Shown here in pieces: positions 1 through 12,820 of a DNA stretch of 64,000 bases. The stretch lies in assembly GCA_010015585.1 (NCBI GenBank), contig ML975151.1. One strand, written 5' to 3'. The stretch is from Eremomyces bilateralis CBS 781.70 (lineage: Eukaryota). Below the pieces are notes generated by a model. It was given only the letters and a program-made list of their open reading frames with translations, was not told the origin of the DNA and did not search any database. The translations under genes and the position numbers were made by a program. The stretch's first letter is position 1; each line of letters opens with the position of its first letter.

Positions 1-778
1 ATTTTCCTGCTTTTTTTTGCTCTGTAGCCTTCTTGAGTGCTTTCTGTATAGTCTCCTCTGGATATTTGATGCGTTTAGGCATGTTTGGTGGTACAGATTT
101 GAAGATGATGGTAAAATTGTACTTTTGGCCTGGGTTGTGCTTTTGGTCTGGGAGCACCCACAACCGGAGGTTGTGGGGCGGTCATGGGGCACGGATACCA
201 ATGCCTGCATATTACAAATACCGGAATACATACCGCAGTTGTGCAGGGTTTACAGAACGATGATACTCAAGCACAGATATTGTTCAAATAGGTGGGGATG
301 GGTCGAACAATATACTCCACTTAAGGAGCCTTCATGAATCCCAGGTGGCTCCATGAACTGTCCCAATGTATGGCATTGACTTCTCGCAAGTTCGGTGTGG
401 GAGACGATTTCCGTACGTCAACAGAACAGGATAGTATAAAACCACGATTATTCCGGTAGAGGATGTTTCGTCACAAGTAGAACAAATATTCATTGGAACA
501 CTGTTCAGACCTGGACGGTTGTCCACCTCTTCGCTTGATCATTCGGATTCGGCATGCAGGATCTATCGCTTGAATCGGCACAGCCCAAGGATGCACATGG
601 GTGAAGTTGGAAGTCGTATTTTCGCTGTCTTCGTCCTTATGAGGTATCGAGCCTCAACAACTGGCCAAAGTAATAGGAATATGCGCCATGCTTCCGTAAG
701 ATAATGCCCGTAAACAAAGCCGATCCGACGCTGTTTTTATCCACCGATCACCCCCCCATTCTCCAGTACCATCACCAT

Positions 779-1087
779 TTATCTCAGCCGCCTGGCCTCA
801 CGTTCGGACTCAAGCAGGCAGAGGATGTCGTTCTCGCGGACTGGTTCGAAGTCAGTATTGGGCACTACGCCGGGGGTATGTGTTCTGCGCACCTGGTCCC
901 TTGACGTTGCGGATGATCGATCGGGTAGTATCGTCCATGAACTCAACGCGGACCTGAGTCACACCACCACGCGAGCCTGCGAATCGTCAATAATTGTTCG
1001 ATCGGAACGGATTCGTGGGTGCATACCGGTTCGGCCAAGGACGCGGGTCACCTTGACGAGCTTGATGGGAGTCTTGCTGGCTTCCAT
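779..1087 (-). CDS. RPS28: 40S ribosomal protein S28 (eS28), two introns
   Basis: Spliced translation [68 protein letters not shown], the highly conserved eS28 sequence. ATG at 1087, TAA at 779-781. Confidence 0.96.
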
Positions 1088-1702
1088 GTTTGTGACTGTG
1101 GAGAGGAAATCAGCAGTTGCAGCGGCCGCATCGGTTCCGAAACGTACTGTAAAGACTGAGCTTGTGCTTGTCTTCGTGGGACTCGATGAGTTGGATGATG
1201 CGCTGGATCTGGGCTGGCTGGGTCGGGAGGTGATGTTCGGAGATCTGAAATTTTAGCGAGAGATGAGTTTGTGGGAGAAATCGAGAGGTTGTGGCTGATA
1301 TGTGGCTCAAATCAAACTTGTGGCGCAACCCCCGCTGTGTGGCTGGTGCATACACGTGCAGGGGAGGCCCCTGTCTTAAATTCCACAATGCCTGAGCGAC
1401 TTTTCAATCATCGCATTTGACGCATTGAGCCATTGACGAGTCAACATCGAACACAATACCGGATAACGTTTCACGGCTGCAATTGTGCCTCCGAAGGACC
1501 CAGATTGTCCTTTGGAGCATTTGGAAACCGAATTAAACTGCTCTATCGCTACACGCAGTGTCCCCTCCTCGCGACTCGTTTGCTGGAAACCTCCGACTTC
1601 GCTGTCGTGCTCCTCTTGAGCCCCCTCTCGCCCTTGACTCGACTCTGTTAAGCTGCACGCTGCACTTGAAGAACCCTCCTGTGGTTTATAAAGGGTAAAG
1701 TG

Positions 1703-2855
1703 ATGGATCTCGTGAAAGAGTAAGTATTCCGTTCGGAAATTTGACCATCCCGTCTCCAGCCATGGGGTTCCAAATAGCCCCCGAGCAAGACCTACCTCAG
1801 TTGCATTCGCTGATGACTCGCAGTCTAGAGGATCGCCTTCTCTTCGCTATCCCCAAGAAGGGGAGGCTCTCACAGCCTTGCCTTGACCTCCTTCGTGGCT
1901 CAGACATTAAATTCAATAAGCCTCAGAGACTAGACATTACTCTTGTCAGGAACCTCCCGATCGCGCTCGTCTTCTTGCCCGCTGGAGACATACCACGACT
2001 AGTCCAAAGAGGGCGGATAGACTTGGGCATAACAGGACGAGATCAAATTGCTGAGTATCAGCTACGAGATCCGCCTCGGGATGATGGGAAGGGGATAGAC
2101 GAGGTCTTGGCATTGCCGTTCGGAGGCTGCAAGCTTCAAGTTCAGGTACCGAAAGACGGAGATATCACCGAGCCCAAGCAACTGGTTGGGAAGACGGTGT
2201 GCACGAGCTTCCACCACCTGACAAGTTCGTACTTCGCGAAATTCGAGGCAGACGCCACTGGAGCAGCCGCCAATGGAGATGCGAATGGGGAGTTGAAAAC
2301 GGAAATTGAGTGGGCTGGTGGTAGTGTCGAGTCGTCGATTGCGCTCGGAGATGCGGTGGGCATTGTGGATCTAGTTGGTAAGTCGGTTTTTGAGATGCCC
2401 CGTCTACGGATACTAACAAGGCGGCAGAGTCTGGCGACACAATGAGAGCGCATGGTTTGAAAGCCATTTCCACCGTCCTCGAAAGCACCGCAGTGCTCAT
2501 CAAATCAAAACGCGCCAGAAACCCCGAGCTCGTGAACCTTATTGCTTCCAGAATACGCGGTGTAATAAGTAAGTCGCTCTCTTACTTCAAAACCGGTCTC
2601 TTGTACTGACCCGTTTCAGCCGCCCAAGCATATGTGCTCTGCACGTACAATATCAAGCGAGAGTTGCTTCCGATCGCCTCCAAGGTCACGCCTGGAAAGA
2701 GAGCCCCAACCATCAATTCATTGGAGGAGGAAGGATGGGTGGCGGTCAGCTCCATGGTGGAAAGGAAGAAGATCGCCGAAGTGATGGACGAGCTGGAAAG
2801 GATTGGTGCGGAAGACATTCTGGTGCGGACTATTGAGAATGCAAGGTCAAGTTAA
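1703..2855 (+). CDS. HIS1: ATP phosphoribosyltransferase (histidine biosynthesis), about 3 introns
   Basis: ATG GAT CTC GTG AAA GA|GTAAGT intron, then LEDRLLFAIPKKGRL, DLGITGRDQ, GSVE...GIVDLV and C-terminal TPGKRAPTINSLEEEGWVAVSSMV. Confidence 0.95.
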
Positions 2856-3192
2856 AGCGCAACAAACAGTTGCACCGAAAGTTCTTGGACGTAGAGAGAC
2901 AATGTCTGACATGTTATGATAATTAAATGCGAAATTCGCCATAAGATTCATTACATTGATACCGGATTCTTTGCGTCATTTCCCAGGCTTGCAGATGAGC
3001 ATCGGATCCAAATTTGCCGATAGCAGCCACAGAGCGAGTACTTCACGAATATATTTTATTTAATTAACGATAGTGTCGTAGTGTACAAAAGATTAGCCAT
3101 TCGAATCAGAATAAAAGTCCATAAATGCAATATCCATAAACGGGTTTTGAGTCATGATATTATATTTTGCAACACTCAAAACTTTCAGTTTG

Positions 3193-3307
3193 GCTGCGGT
3201 GGCCGAGTGGTTAAGGCGGCAGATTTAAGTTATTGCCCTTTTGGGCGATGGCATTGAAATAAAACCTGCTGGAGCAGTCCACGCGAGTTCGAACCTCGTC
3301 CGCAGCA
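3193..3307 (+). tRNA. tRNA-Leu(UAA) with a 34-nt intron (about 3230-3263)
   Basis: Acceptor stem GCTGCGG/CCGCAGC with discriminator A, D arm GCCGAGTGGTTAAGGC, anticodon TAA at 3226-3228, long variable arm TGGAGCAGTCCA, T arm GCGAG-TTCGAAC-CTCGT, followed by oligo-T Pol III terminator runs. Confidence 0.9.
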
Positions 3308-3625
3308 TCATCTTTTTGCATTTTTTGCATTTTTTTAAATGTTTAATAAATCTTATTTTACGAGGAAATGATTATTTTAGTGGTTTCGAGCAGTATGCGT
3401 AATAGTTGGCGGCGATGGTCGGTGGCAGGCAATTCCCTTGGGTTCATCAGCCCAACAACCGAATGGTTTTCTAGGGAAGTCAGGCGAAAGGCTTCCACTG
3501 AACTCGACTTGTTACTTTAAGATAAAGACCAGACTTCGGTTTGCTTTGTTATTATCGAATAACTAATTCGGCCAATTTAGATCATAGGAAGTTCTCCCCA
3601 ACGCCTCAGCTGGAGCGCCTTGTCC

Positions 3626-6600
3626 CTAGACTCCCAATGGTGGAAGGTCTCCGTCCCAGTTGACTTGCATCGCTAAACATCATTAGCGAAGTTACACTGC
3701 ATCAGGCTGACAGCGACTTACTCATTGGGAAAGGGAAGTAGCTATCTCCCTGTTCACGCATATACATATCGCATCCTCCTTCCCTAGAAGTAGTTAATAC
3801 CATCCACTGGGTAATGCAATGTGTCGGGCACCACTTACTTCGAAATCTTCCTCAATTGCCCTCTCGGACCAGGAGCTCTTCTCAAATTCTCCAACCGGCC
3901 AACTGTCTTCAACATAGCCGTCAACGCGACACAGCTAGCGTCCTTGCCCAAGCACTTATGCCGCCCTGCGCCATAGTGGATGTAGCTGTCCAAAGGCCGA
4001 TCAATCCTGACCTCATCCGGGTCTGGGAACACGCTTGCGTCCTTCGCCGCGTTGATAAATGATACGAACACTTTGTCGCCAGGCTTGATGTTCACGGATT
4101 TCCCGCCATCATCAATGGATACGGCGCTGTGCGCTTCGCGATACACGCCGATGGTGCCATTCAGTCGAATGCCTTCCATGCAATAACCCAGAAGCTTCTC
4201 CTCCGCCTCCGGAGTGTCCGATTTCGCCAGACGATGGATCTCGGACAGGTGTTCCTTATTCACGTCCAACAGATAAAAATCCAGGATCTGCGTAAACACC
4301 TGGGCCTGGTTCGGCACCATCGCACACGTGGTCGGCAGAATTTGCCTCCATGCGATATCCTCAACACTGAGTCCCGAGTCCAAGAGCCGACGAACCATGC
4401 GCGCGCCATAATCTTGCAAGGCATTGTCGTTCTCCCGCCAGGAGTCGACGAGTCTGGAGACGATGCCGGTCCGGTTGACGGACCGCACGGTCGTTTCCAC
4501 CAGCGTTCCGAGTTTCTCGCTGAGGGCTTGCGCCGCCATGTGGAGTGGGAACGACTTCGCGGGTTCAATGTCGAAGCAAATGCAAGCAAAGATCACGGCG
4601 ATAGCCATATACAACTCGCGTTCCGTGAACGCGCCATCGGGGTTTTCTTCGGTCCGTAGGGGGAGGCCGAAAAGGTTGGCTGCGAAGTGGATAGGTGCAA
4701 GGTTACCGACGCTTTGAAAATTAGTAGAGCACTGAATTGTCGAAGAGGGAACTCACTCTCTGGTGATATCAACGTGATTAATGCCGGCGAGCTTATACGA
4801 CTTCTTGTGGAGCAGCTTCAGTGTGATGTGCTCGTAGAAGGCTTTGACATCCTGCTGCCAGTTGTCTTTGTAAAGCCATTTTTGCAATACTTGCCTCTGC
4901 TTCGAATGGGGATCTGTGCTGCCGGAGCTGTTCGCCAAGGTCAGAAACGCAAGAAACTCCTCATTTCGTATGATGCTTACGGTACGGGACACGCTTCTTT
5001 TCCCATTAGCTCTTCCAACGTACCACCCAAGGTGCGGAATGACTTGTGGTCTTCAAGGACCGTCTTTGCTGCGAGGTAACTACTCAAATTTATCCGCGGT
5101 GGAAGTAGCTTTGGACGATCATAGGAGTAATGGGCTTCGCGGCCGAGGTTTCTCATGATCTTCTGGTTCTCGCTTGGGATTGTCATTGGATAATGTGCGT
5201 AGATGGAGTCCGGCTTGAAGTGATGTGGGAAGGCTCGTAAAAAGAGCTTATAGAAGACGCAACCTTGCTCAATGTTGAGATCGTATTGGGCTTCGTTGTA
5301 CCCCCAACTGCAGTTCATTAGCATTTTATTTCAATCGAGGATGGAATCTCACTTTGTAAGGTTCTTCGGATGGTAGTCGATAGTATAGTACCGATCTGAT
5401 CGGACCAGAGTAACCGCATCCGAAAGGATCGCTCTAGAGATAGTGAAGGTCGGCGCAATACCGACACCAGGCACCATTGGAACCTTTGCTTCTTCGGCTA
5501 CGAGGCCTGGGTACATCTCAACAAAGTCAGGATGTCCATACAGCCGGCGCAAGTGCTCCGCGACCTGTGGGTCAGAGTTGATGCTCTCGAACGAGTCGTG
5601 TGGCATCAGCTTGAAAAACGCCCGGAATTCGTTCAATGTTGCCAGTCCCCATTTGCGGGCTTGGGTCATACCAAGGATTTCTATCGCCTTGAGTGCTTTG
5701 GGGACGTTGTTTGCACCGAAGGCACCTAGACGTAGTTATAATTCTAGTTCCAGTGTGCGAGTTAGCGGAACGTACCTGCAGTATCTTCAATAGCATCGGA
5801 CATAATGGTGACCAAATCATCGTCCTTGTACTTGCCATCAGGTCCCCTCTGGAGGCTTGCGAATGGTCTCTCTTGTGGATCCTTATCAAGCGATTCTCCC
5901 AGCTTGTGCATTCCAGCAAGGGCCTCAGGAAGAGACACATCTGCAGCTGGCTTGCCAAACATATCCTGATACACCTTTTCTGCCCATGCTTCATCTTTCA
6001 GGCTTATGGCGGAGTGCCAGCGATATACAAGGTTGAACTCTGCGCTAACCTGGTTACCGACACCACGGGGAGATCCATCTTTTCCGAACACCTTCTCTTC
6101 CATGTCAACCCGAGGGTCAAGTGTCCAAGTCGAGTTTGTGCGGTTCAAGTTGACGATGGTGCGAAGATAGTCAAGGAGTGTGATGTTCATGTATAAACCA
6201 CATGTGATGAGGCGTCCGGTTTCGAACAAGTCTTGATCTCGCTTCAATGTTGCTTTGGAGTGCGCGTCCTTGGACAAACCCGCCTGTGGCTGCGAAAACT
6301 TGCCATTTTCATTGATGGCTGCCAATTGCTCGACAACATAGTTGTGGAAACGGTTGAACATGATCAGGAGAACACCACACCCAGGAGGGAAAAGCAAGAG
6401 GCGGCTTTCGGAGAAACAGTCAGGCTTCAGTTTCCCATCCGTGAAGGTCCTCATCAGTTTCTGGTCCTCCCAATTGTCGCCATACAACGGCGACAGATCC
6501 AGGTAAGATGACGTCTGAGACATGTTGAAATCTCGATGATCAGTCTGGAATAGATCATGAATGATCAGTGATGCCCAGTAAAATAAGATGCTGGACACTT

Positions 6601-7318
6601 TGTTGGGATGCTCTCTGAAGTTCTGACGAGCAAAGAGACAGTCGAACACCAATCCTGGATCGGGCATCGAATCAGGAGTCACTGTCTTGGGCATGACACT
6701 TCGAGCGTATGCAGTGTTCGCTGCCCCTAGTTGAGGATTCATGACGTTATTGCTCGACCCATCCGGCTGGCGGTAGGCGAACATATCTCCAATATACGAC
6801 ATTGGGGGATGCTGGAGCGAATCCCAGAGTCCGTCGATGAACGCGTTGGTCAAATCAACTCTTGTTTTCGATTGAGCGGGGAGGTCAGCGACCAGCTGGA
6901 TGACGCGTTCCATCAGGTAGGTCTTATCATCCATAACATCGCCAGCCATTTTGCTTCCCACGAGATCCTTCAGAGTCTTTACATCGTTGATGCCAATGGT
7001 CTGCATGTCCTGCCAGATGCTGCTGCTTGAAGCTCCAGATTCTCCCTCAATGCTTGCGGCATTGCCCACGGCCGGGGGAATAGGGCGCTGAGAGGCATGA
7101 ATCAATTGTGCGAACTTCGCAAATATGATTGATACCTCTTTTCGGTCAGCACTCCGATCCGAAGAACGGTTGGCCTCTGACTTTGATCCACTCGTGAAAC
7201 CAAATATGCTTCTGATTTGCCCATTGGCCATTTCGGAATATGACTGTGTGTTCGCCCGGTTGCGAGGGGGCTCCTTGTTCTTATCCTTCCTGAACTTCAT
7301 GGATAAATGGCGCAGCAT
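3626..7318 (-). CDS. Fatty-acid dioxygenase (heme peroxidase)-cytochrome P450 fusion, psi-producing oxygenase / linoleate diol synthase family, PpoC-like; multi-exon
   Basis: DOX motifs WASLIIHDLFQT and GNQVSAEFNLVYRWH; QARKWGLATLNEFR; P450 motifs NQAQ, EGIR (ExxR) and HYGAGRHKCLG. Start MLRHLSMKF at 7318; last exon MQVNWDGDLPPLGV* ends at 3626. Confidence 0.92.
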
Positions 7319-9102
7319 GATTGCTGGCAATATGAGAGACGTAGCAATGAAACAATACGAAATTGACAGGTCTCTCATATTCTCTGGTGCTTGGATCAGG
7401 AGTTCAGTTATATGTAGCCCCAAAATTGACCCTGTGGAGAAACCGACTCGCCTTGGTGAAGATCCAGACCGGCCAAGAAGCTCGGTACTCTACCAGAGAA
7501 TTGAAATCAGCTCAGTTGTCTGGAGAGTTTATTCAGCTATCGGGCCAACACATAAAGTCTCCGAGGTAGACAAGAGTGCATCGAAGGGTTGCTGTAACAT
7601 CTCCGTCAGTTGAAAAAGCAAATGTCTGATCTGACCTCTGATATCTCGGGCAGGGCTCATGATATCTCCACAGATCGACAGTCCCCATGATTTGTATTTT
7701 GTGCATATGGGTTGCACTTCCACTCTATTCAATTGATAATTGGTACGGAAGAGTCAATCAGGCTGTCGTGTCTAAGTCTTGGGGTGCACACAGTTCTTGG
7801 ACACAAACCATAGGTTGCTGGAGGAATTAAAGAAAAACTGTTATGGTTAAAATGATCTACGATATAACATCCATGTTCGTCGTAGGTAGATAATCTCTGT
7901 GATCAGTAGAGCAGCTGCTTTCACCAGGTGAAATATTTCGAGCACGGTTCGGAACGTGCGGCTGAACCGATCCACTAAGTTGGCAATTAGGGTCCGGGTT
8001 TGGTCAAAGCTGAAATACCGAGTGAGGGAATGACCGTTGAGCGGCCATCATCTGTAATGGTTTCACTCAACATGTAACCTTTGTTTCGCTGGGTACCGCA
8101 CCGTTTGGGAGCAGAATATGGCCATTAAATGGAAACACATATATTTTGTCCACGACAATTCGTGAAACGCTTGTAAATGCATAGAGTTCGATATAGGGCA
8201 TCTAAGAGTTGAGCATAGGGTTAAGTGGTACCTTGAACTGAGATGAACTGAGGTTCACATTAGTCGTGGATCCCTGGTACGTGTGGAAGAGGCTGGGAAG
8301 ATTCCAAGTCGGGAGAAGCCGATGACCTAGCGCGCAGCAGAAGCAAGGGACGAACCTGGTGTTGTCGTAGGTAATGGGAAAGCCGCGTCCTCGATTCCAG
8401 GTCCGGACGCTATCTGCTGCTGATGATCGGCGAGAATGTAACACAGATACCAGTGCGAACTCTCCATCGGGTTCGTAGGGTATGACAAGTCCGGAGCAAC
8501 ACAGGGATGTGTCATGTCGTTCAGCGAATGGCAGTGGCAGAATATCGACGACTTAATATTAATGCAGGTCGATCATTGTATAAAAGAGGATGTTGTGCCC
8601 ATAGTGTCCGGATTGCCAACATTATGAGATGTTGTGAAAACAAAGACCAGAAGCCTTCCTTGAAAGACCGATACCAAGGACCGAGGAAGCGTGTTCCCTA
8701 CCTAATTCTGCTGTCAATAAGAGGCGATGACGGAATCCATCGTCCCTCCCGAATGCTTGGGCCTTGGGACAGAGGCCTCTAGTGGTGGGCACTCCATCTT
8801 AGCCATGATGTTTTGTCGGCTTCGAAATGACGTGATAAAGTGTCCGAAGCGGAGTGGGCGGTAGAAAAGTCCGCCAGTGTGATACGATCTAGTCCAACGA
8901 CTCGTCGATCACCCCACACCTATTTAGCCATAGTCTACGAACTGTGAAGCCCGAAGGCTACTTTGCAGGACCTCTTGGAGCTCGCTGATGATGGGAATTT
9001 AACTGCGATGCCTATGACCTAAGCCGCATTGCGAAGGAAGATAACAAGTCCTCGATTGCACGTGCGCTTTTAAATCAATTGGGTGAGCGTTCAACGTTTG
9101 AA

Positions 9103-11015
9103 ATGGACCACCCTGAGCATTTCCAGCGACCGACGGAAACCAGGGGGAAGCGGAAGTTTATACTTTGCTTTGATGGAACAGGAAATAAGTTTTCAGGTAC
9201 GTCTTCGGACTCAAGTATTCTGAAAATATATCGTATGCTTGATAGAGAGGACGAGACTCAACTCCATTACTATCAGCCGGGAATTGGAACGTATGTTACT
9301 TCAGCAACTTTGTCACCCCCCTCCACGTACCAGAGTTTCAAGGCGTGGTATACCAAGCAAAAGGACTCTGCCGTTGGAACGAGTCTTTCCGATCATGTTA
9401 TGGGGGGGTACAAGGTGAGAACGGAGGAAAAGACAGGCATTGAGAAAAGTGTTGACAAATGAATAGTTCCTGATGAGGTATTATCTGCCAGGAGACAAGA
9501 TATATTTCTTCGGTTTCTCTCGAGGTGCATATACCGCCCGCTTTCTGGCGGAAATGCTTGACTACGTCGGCCTTATCACCACTGGGAATGAAGAGATGGC
9601 AGGATTTGCCTGGAAGACTTTTGAGAAATGGCAAATGCGCGAAGAGCGAACTGAAGAAGAGAAGAAAAAGAAAAGAGAGCTTCGCGAGTTCATGACTGCA
9701 TTCCGCGAGACCTTTAGTCGACCTGTGGAACCCCTGGAGTTCCTTGGTCTCTTTGACACAGTCAACAGCGTGCCGCGATTTGAGAACGCATTCATGCAGC
9801 GGTCCAAGTTTCCATATACGGCTCGTAGTTCGGCGAAAGTGATTCGGCACGCTGTTTCAATCGATGAGAGACGGGCTAAGTTTCGTCCGGATCTTCTTTA
9901 TCAACCGCCCGGAAAAGCAAGGCGGCATCACTTCTGGCACCACGACCGGCAGTTCGGTCATTTGTCTGCAGCAATCGAGGGGCGCCGCAAGGAAAGGAAC
10001 GGTGGAGAAGACTCGAAACTACAGCCGCAGGATAAATTTAGGCCAAAAAGGCGACCGAATCCGCCCCGGTTCAGCCCTCGCTCCAGCAGCATGCAGGTAC
10101 AGGAGAGGTTCCGCGATCCGTCCGAGGCCTCAGGGCTCGACTCCGCTAGCCGACGCTCGCAAGGCACCAGCTCAGCGTCCGCAACAGATGCAGTACATAC
10201 TGCAGCCGGGGAACAGGACATCAAGGAAGTCTGGTTCGTAGGATGCCATGGAGTAAGTGATTCGGGACTTGTTGCGGCACGGGTACTAACCGTTGTAGGA
10301 CCTTGGCGGAGGGTGGGCGATGGATCTCGACAAACCTGCACCTCTTAGTCATATTCCTCTAGTGTGGATGATAAATGAGGCAGAGCGGGCAGGTCTTAAC
10401 TTTGACGACACCAAGCTACGCAAACTCAACTGCGCACCTGATGTTGAGAGGCGTGAAGGACAACAGCAAAGCGGTGGGTCATCGGCTGCCATTGATGCTG
10501 CTGCTCCACCGGGGGTGTATGGGCTCGACTCGATCGTCCAATCTCACATCTATGACGACGAGAGGAGAGTTGAAGGTTCCGGCGAAGTTGATGGTTCTCA
10601 GTTCCACAGAATCCTGCATGAGCTCTCCATCGGGGGTCGCACCCATGATGCGTTACGCCGGAATAATGGCGCCTCCCTTATGTCGGTGCTCGGCTGGAAC
10701 ATCATGGAGTGGTTGCCGTTCCGAAGGATGGACCTGAAAGAAGATGAATCCTGGACCAGCATCTCATGGCCTTTGCCAAGGGGAGAAGTCCGAGACTTCC
10801 CGGATAATGCAGTTCTTCATAATAGCGTGGTTAAAAGAATGATGGCGGACGAGGCATACAGGCCTGGTAATGTAATTTGCGGGGGGGGCGGCAGAGGGAT
10901 GAGAAGAGCGCCAGAGAAATATGGCTATGGGAAGTGGAAAGTCCTTGAGAATGAGGGAGATCCCGTGTTGGAGTTGTACATCAGAGACGGACCTCGTCCT
11001 GCTTTGGAGGTTTAA
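9103..11015 (+). CDS. DUF2235 / Tle1-like alpha-beta hydrolase (phospholipase-like), two introns
   Basis: ILCFDGTGN, YYQPGIGT, FGFSRGAYTAR (nucleophile elbow), FLGLFDTVNSV, HAVSIDERR and EVWFVGCHGD are the characteristic DUF2235 motifs. Confidence 0.9.
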
Positions 11016-11160
11016 GCGCGGGCAGCATCGAATGAGTGAGATATGAGGGCTTCATTGATCGCGTCTGGTGTCAATAGTAGTCGTGTTCTAATTCAAGGAT
11101 AATAGGTATTGTTGGAGTGGCTGCAACCATGGACGAGAGGAAGATATAATCCTTGGTGTA

Positions 11161-12295
11161 CTGTAGTTGCTAACACGTGATACCGCGCCATTTACGCGTT
11201 GTTGGCCCCTATGGTCCAACAAAGTTCGGGCATGGAATCAACGCGGGCCTTGATCCAATCCTGCCGAATTCCGCCCCATCCCTCTTTCAAAAGCTGTTGC
11301 GTCTCATCAGGCTCCCAATGGGTAAATTTACGTACGTGTTGCTTCATTGGTTGGAAAGCGTCCTCAATGATCGCGAGGTCTGGAGATCCTGCGCAATTGA
11401 AATAGTGTTCAAGACGGTGATCAGAATGGGACTTCCATTCCTTTACGATATTTCCCCTAGCGCGTGGCGGCCCATGGCCTGAGTCTTGGTCCTCCCAATA
11501 CAAAATCGTGACCGTTCTGGATCCAAGGTTTGGTAATGGGATCTAGGATGGAATCGATATATGTTTGTTGTGTCATCTTACCCGTGGTATTGCTCGGTAC
11601 ATTATACGTTACAAGGTCTGATTTGAAGTTGTAGCCAACAGCCCCCCAGACGTGTACGTTATTTTTGGCGTTATCTTCAACTTTCCTTGTCGTTGTACAC
11701 ATTGAGAGCAATACCGCTCGCCCGGGCGTCGAATAATCATCAACTTTCCTTGCGGACCAAGCCCGGCGTGGGACTCGTCGCTGAAACGGACCCTCCTCCA
11801 CAGGTATTTGGTAGGATATCGGTCCTTCATTAAGTTAGCGAAATCGAGGCGCTTTTCGGCGAGGTTCCTAGAAACCCATGCTTCTTGACAGGCGACGCAT
11901 TTATGGTAATCCATCGTACCTATAGCCCGCTTAACGGTACGCCCGCAGACGTCTAGACCAGCCTCATACCCTAGGGCCTCCCAGGACATGGCCCTTCCAT
12001 AGACATCTTGTTCTTCAAGGATCCTCTCCATCTCGTGGATATCTTTAGAGGAGATAAGCGGTTTACGTCCTCTTGGTTCCTGATCAGGGGGGAAATGGCG
12101 ACGATCTCCATTTCGGTTCCTCTTACTGATGAACTCCATACCAGTCCTCCACGGGACTCCTTCGAAGCGAAAGACCTCGGTTTTGGTACGAACTGGGTCG
12201 TATCCATAACGTCTGTTTTGAGCCTCAATGAACTCGACGGCACCGCGAATTCGGGACTTTTTGGGTGAGTCCCAATGAGGATGATTCATCTGCAT
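11161..12295 (-). mobile_element. Degenerate Tc1/mariner (IS630-Tc1-mariner) transposon; transposase broken by two frameshifts
   Basis: ORF pieces contain WRRVRFSDESH, HVWGAVGYNFKS, EDQDSGHG and SPDLAIIE (DDE triad) in three frames. Possible terminus TA|CTGTAGTTGC near 11159-11170; no matching 5' TIR found. Confidence 0.85.
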
Positions 12296-12383
12296 AGTAT
12301 TAGGGTATTTCAGAGCTTTTGATGCGTCAAAGCCATATTTAATTGATATATATTGATGAATTGTCAAAATCATATTTTATCTA

Positions 12384-12566
12384 CAGTCAACCTTCGCTAT
12401 AACGATTGAATCCGCACAGGCGAATCCAATCGTTATAACGCGGATATCGCTAAAATGAATTTTCTTGGCAGCATTGATTGAGAATCCGTGCAGGGAATCT
12501 TATCGCTATAATGCGAATATCGCTGTAGCGGTAATCGTTATAGCGGTGCACGGCGGTGGTTGACTG
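12384..12566. mobile_element. MITE, about 183 bp, Tc1/mariner/pogo-type with TA target-site duplication
   Basis: TA|CAGTCAACCTTCGCTATAACGATT ... AATCGTTATAGCG(gtgcacggcggt)GGTTGACTG|TA. Internal repeats of ATCG(C/T)TATAA(C/T)G. Confidence 0.85.
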
Positions 12567-12820
12567 TATTGGGTATTTGTGTGGCTGCGGATGAACTTCG
12601 GCAATGGTGGCCTGACTGGGATGCAAATTCCAGTCAATCGCGTGCCAGCGCGTTTCAACATTCAGCTAGTCGCAAGTTCGCAACCCGCATTGTCTCCAGA
12701 AAGATAATCAGTGCTTATCGCATCAATAATAACTCTCGCATTTCGCTCAGCGCATCGTTGTTAGTCACATCGTTGATAGGCGCATCTCCGGCGCGTTGTT
12801 CTTCCAAGGAAGCTGTGATA

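Noticed and set aside
1..700. Short ORFs at the window start
   Set aside because: No recognisable motifs, and stops in all plausible frames; a gene cannot be supported.
3218..3270. Reading the tRNA as an ochre suppressor (anticodon TTA) by shifting the stem to GGCAG/CTGCT
   Set aside because: That register removes base 26 and puts A at position 32. The canonical register gives U32 U33 UAA G37, with a leucine-type variable arm and discriminator.
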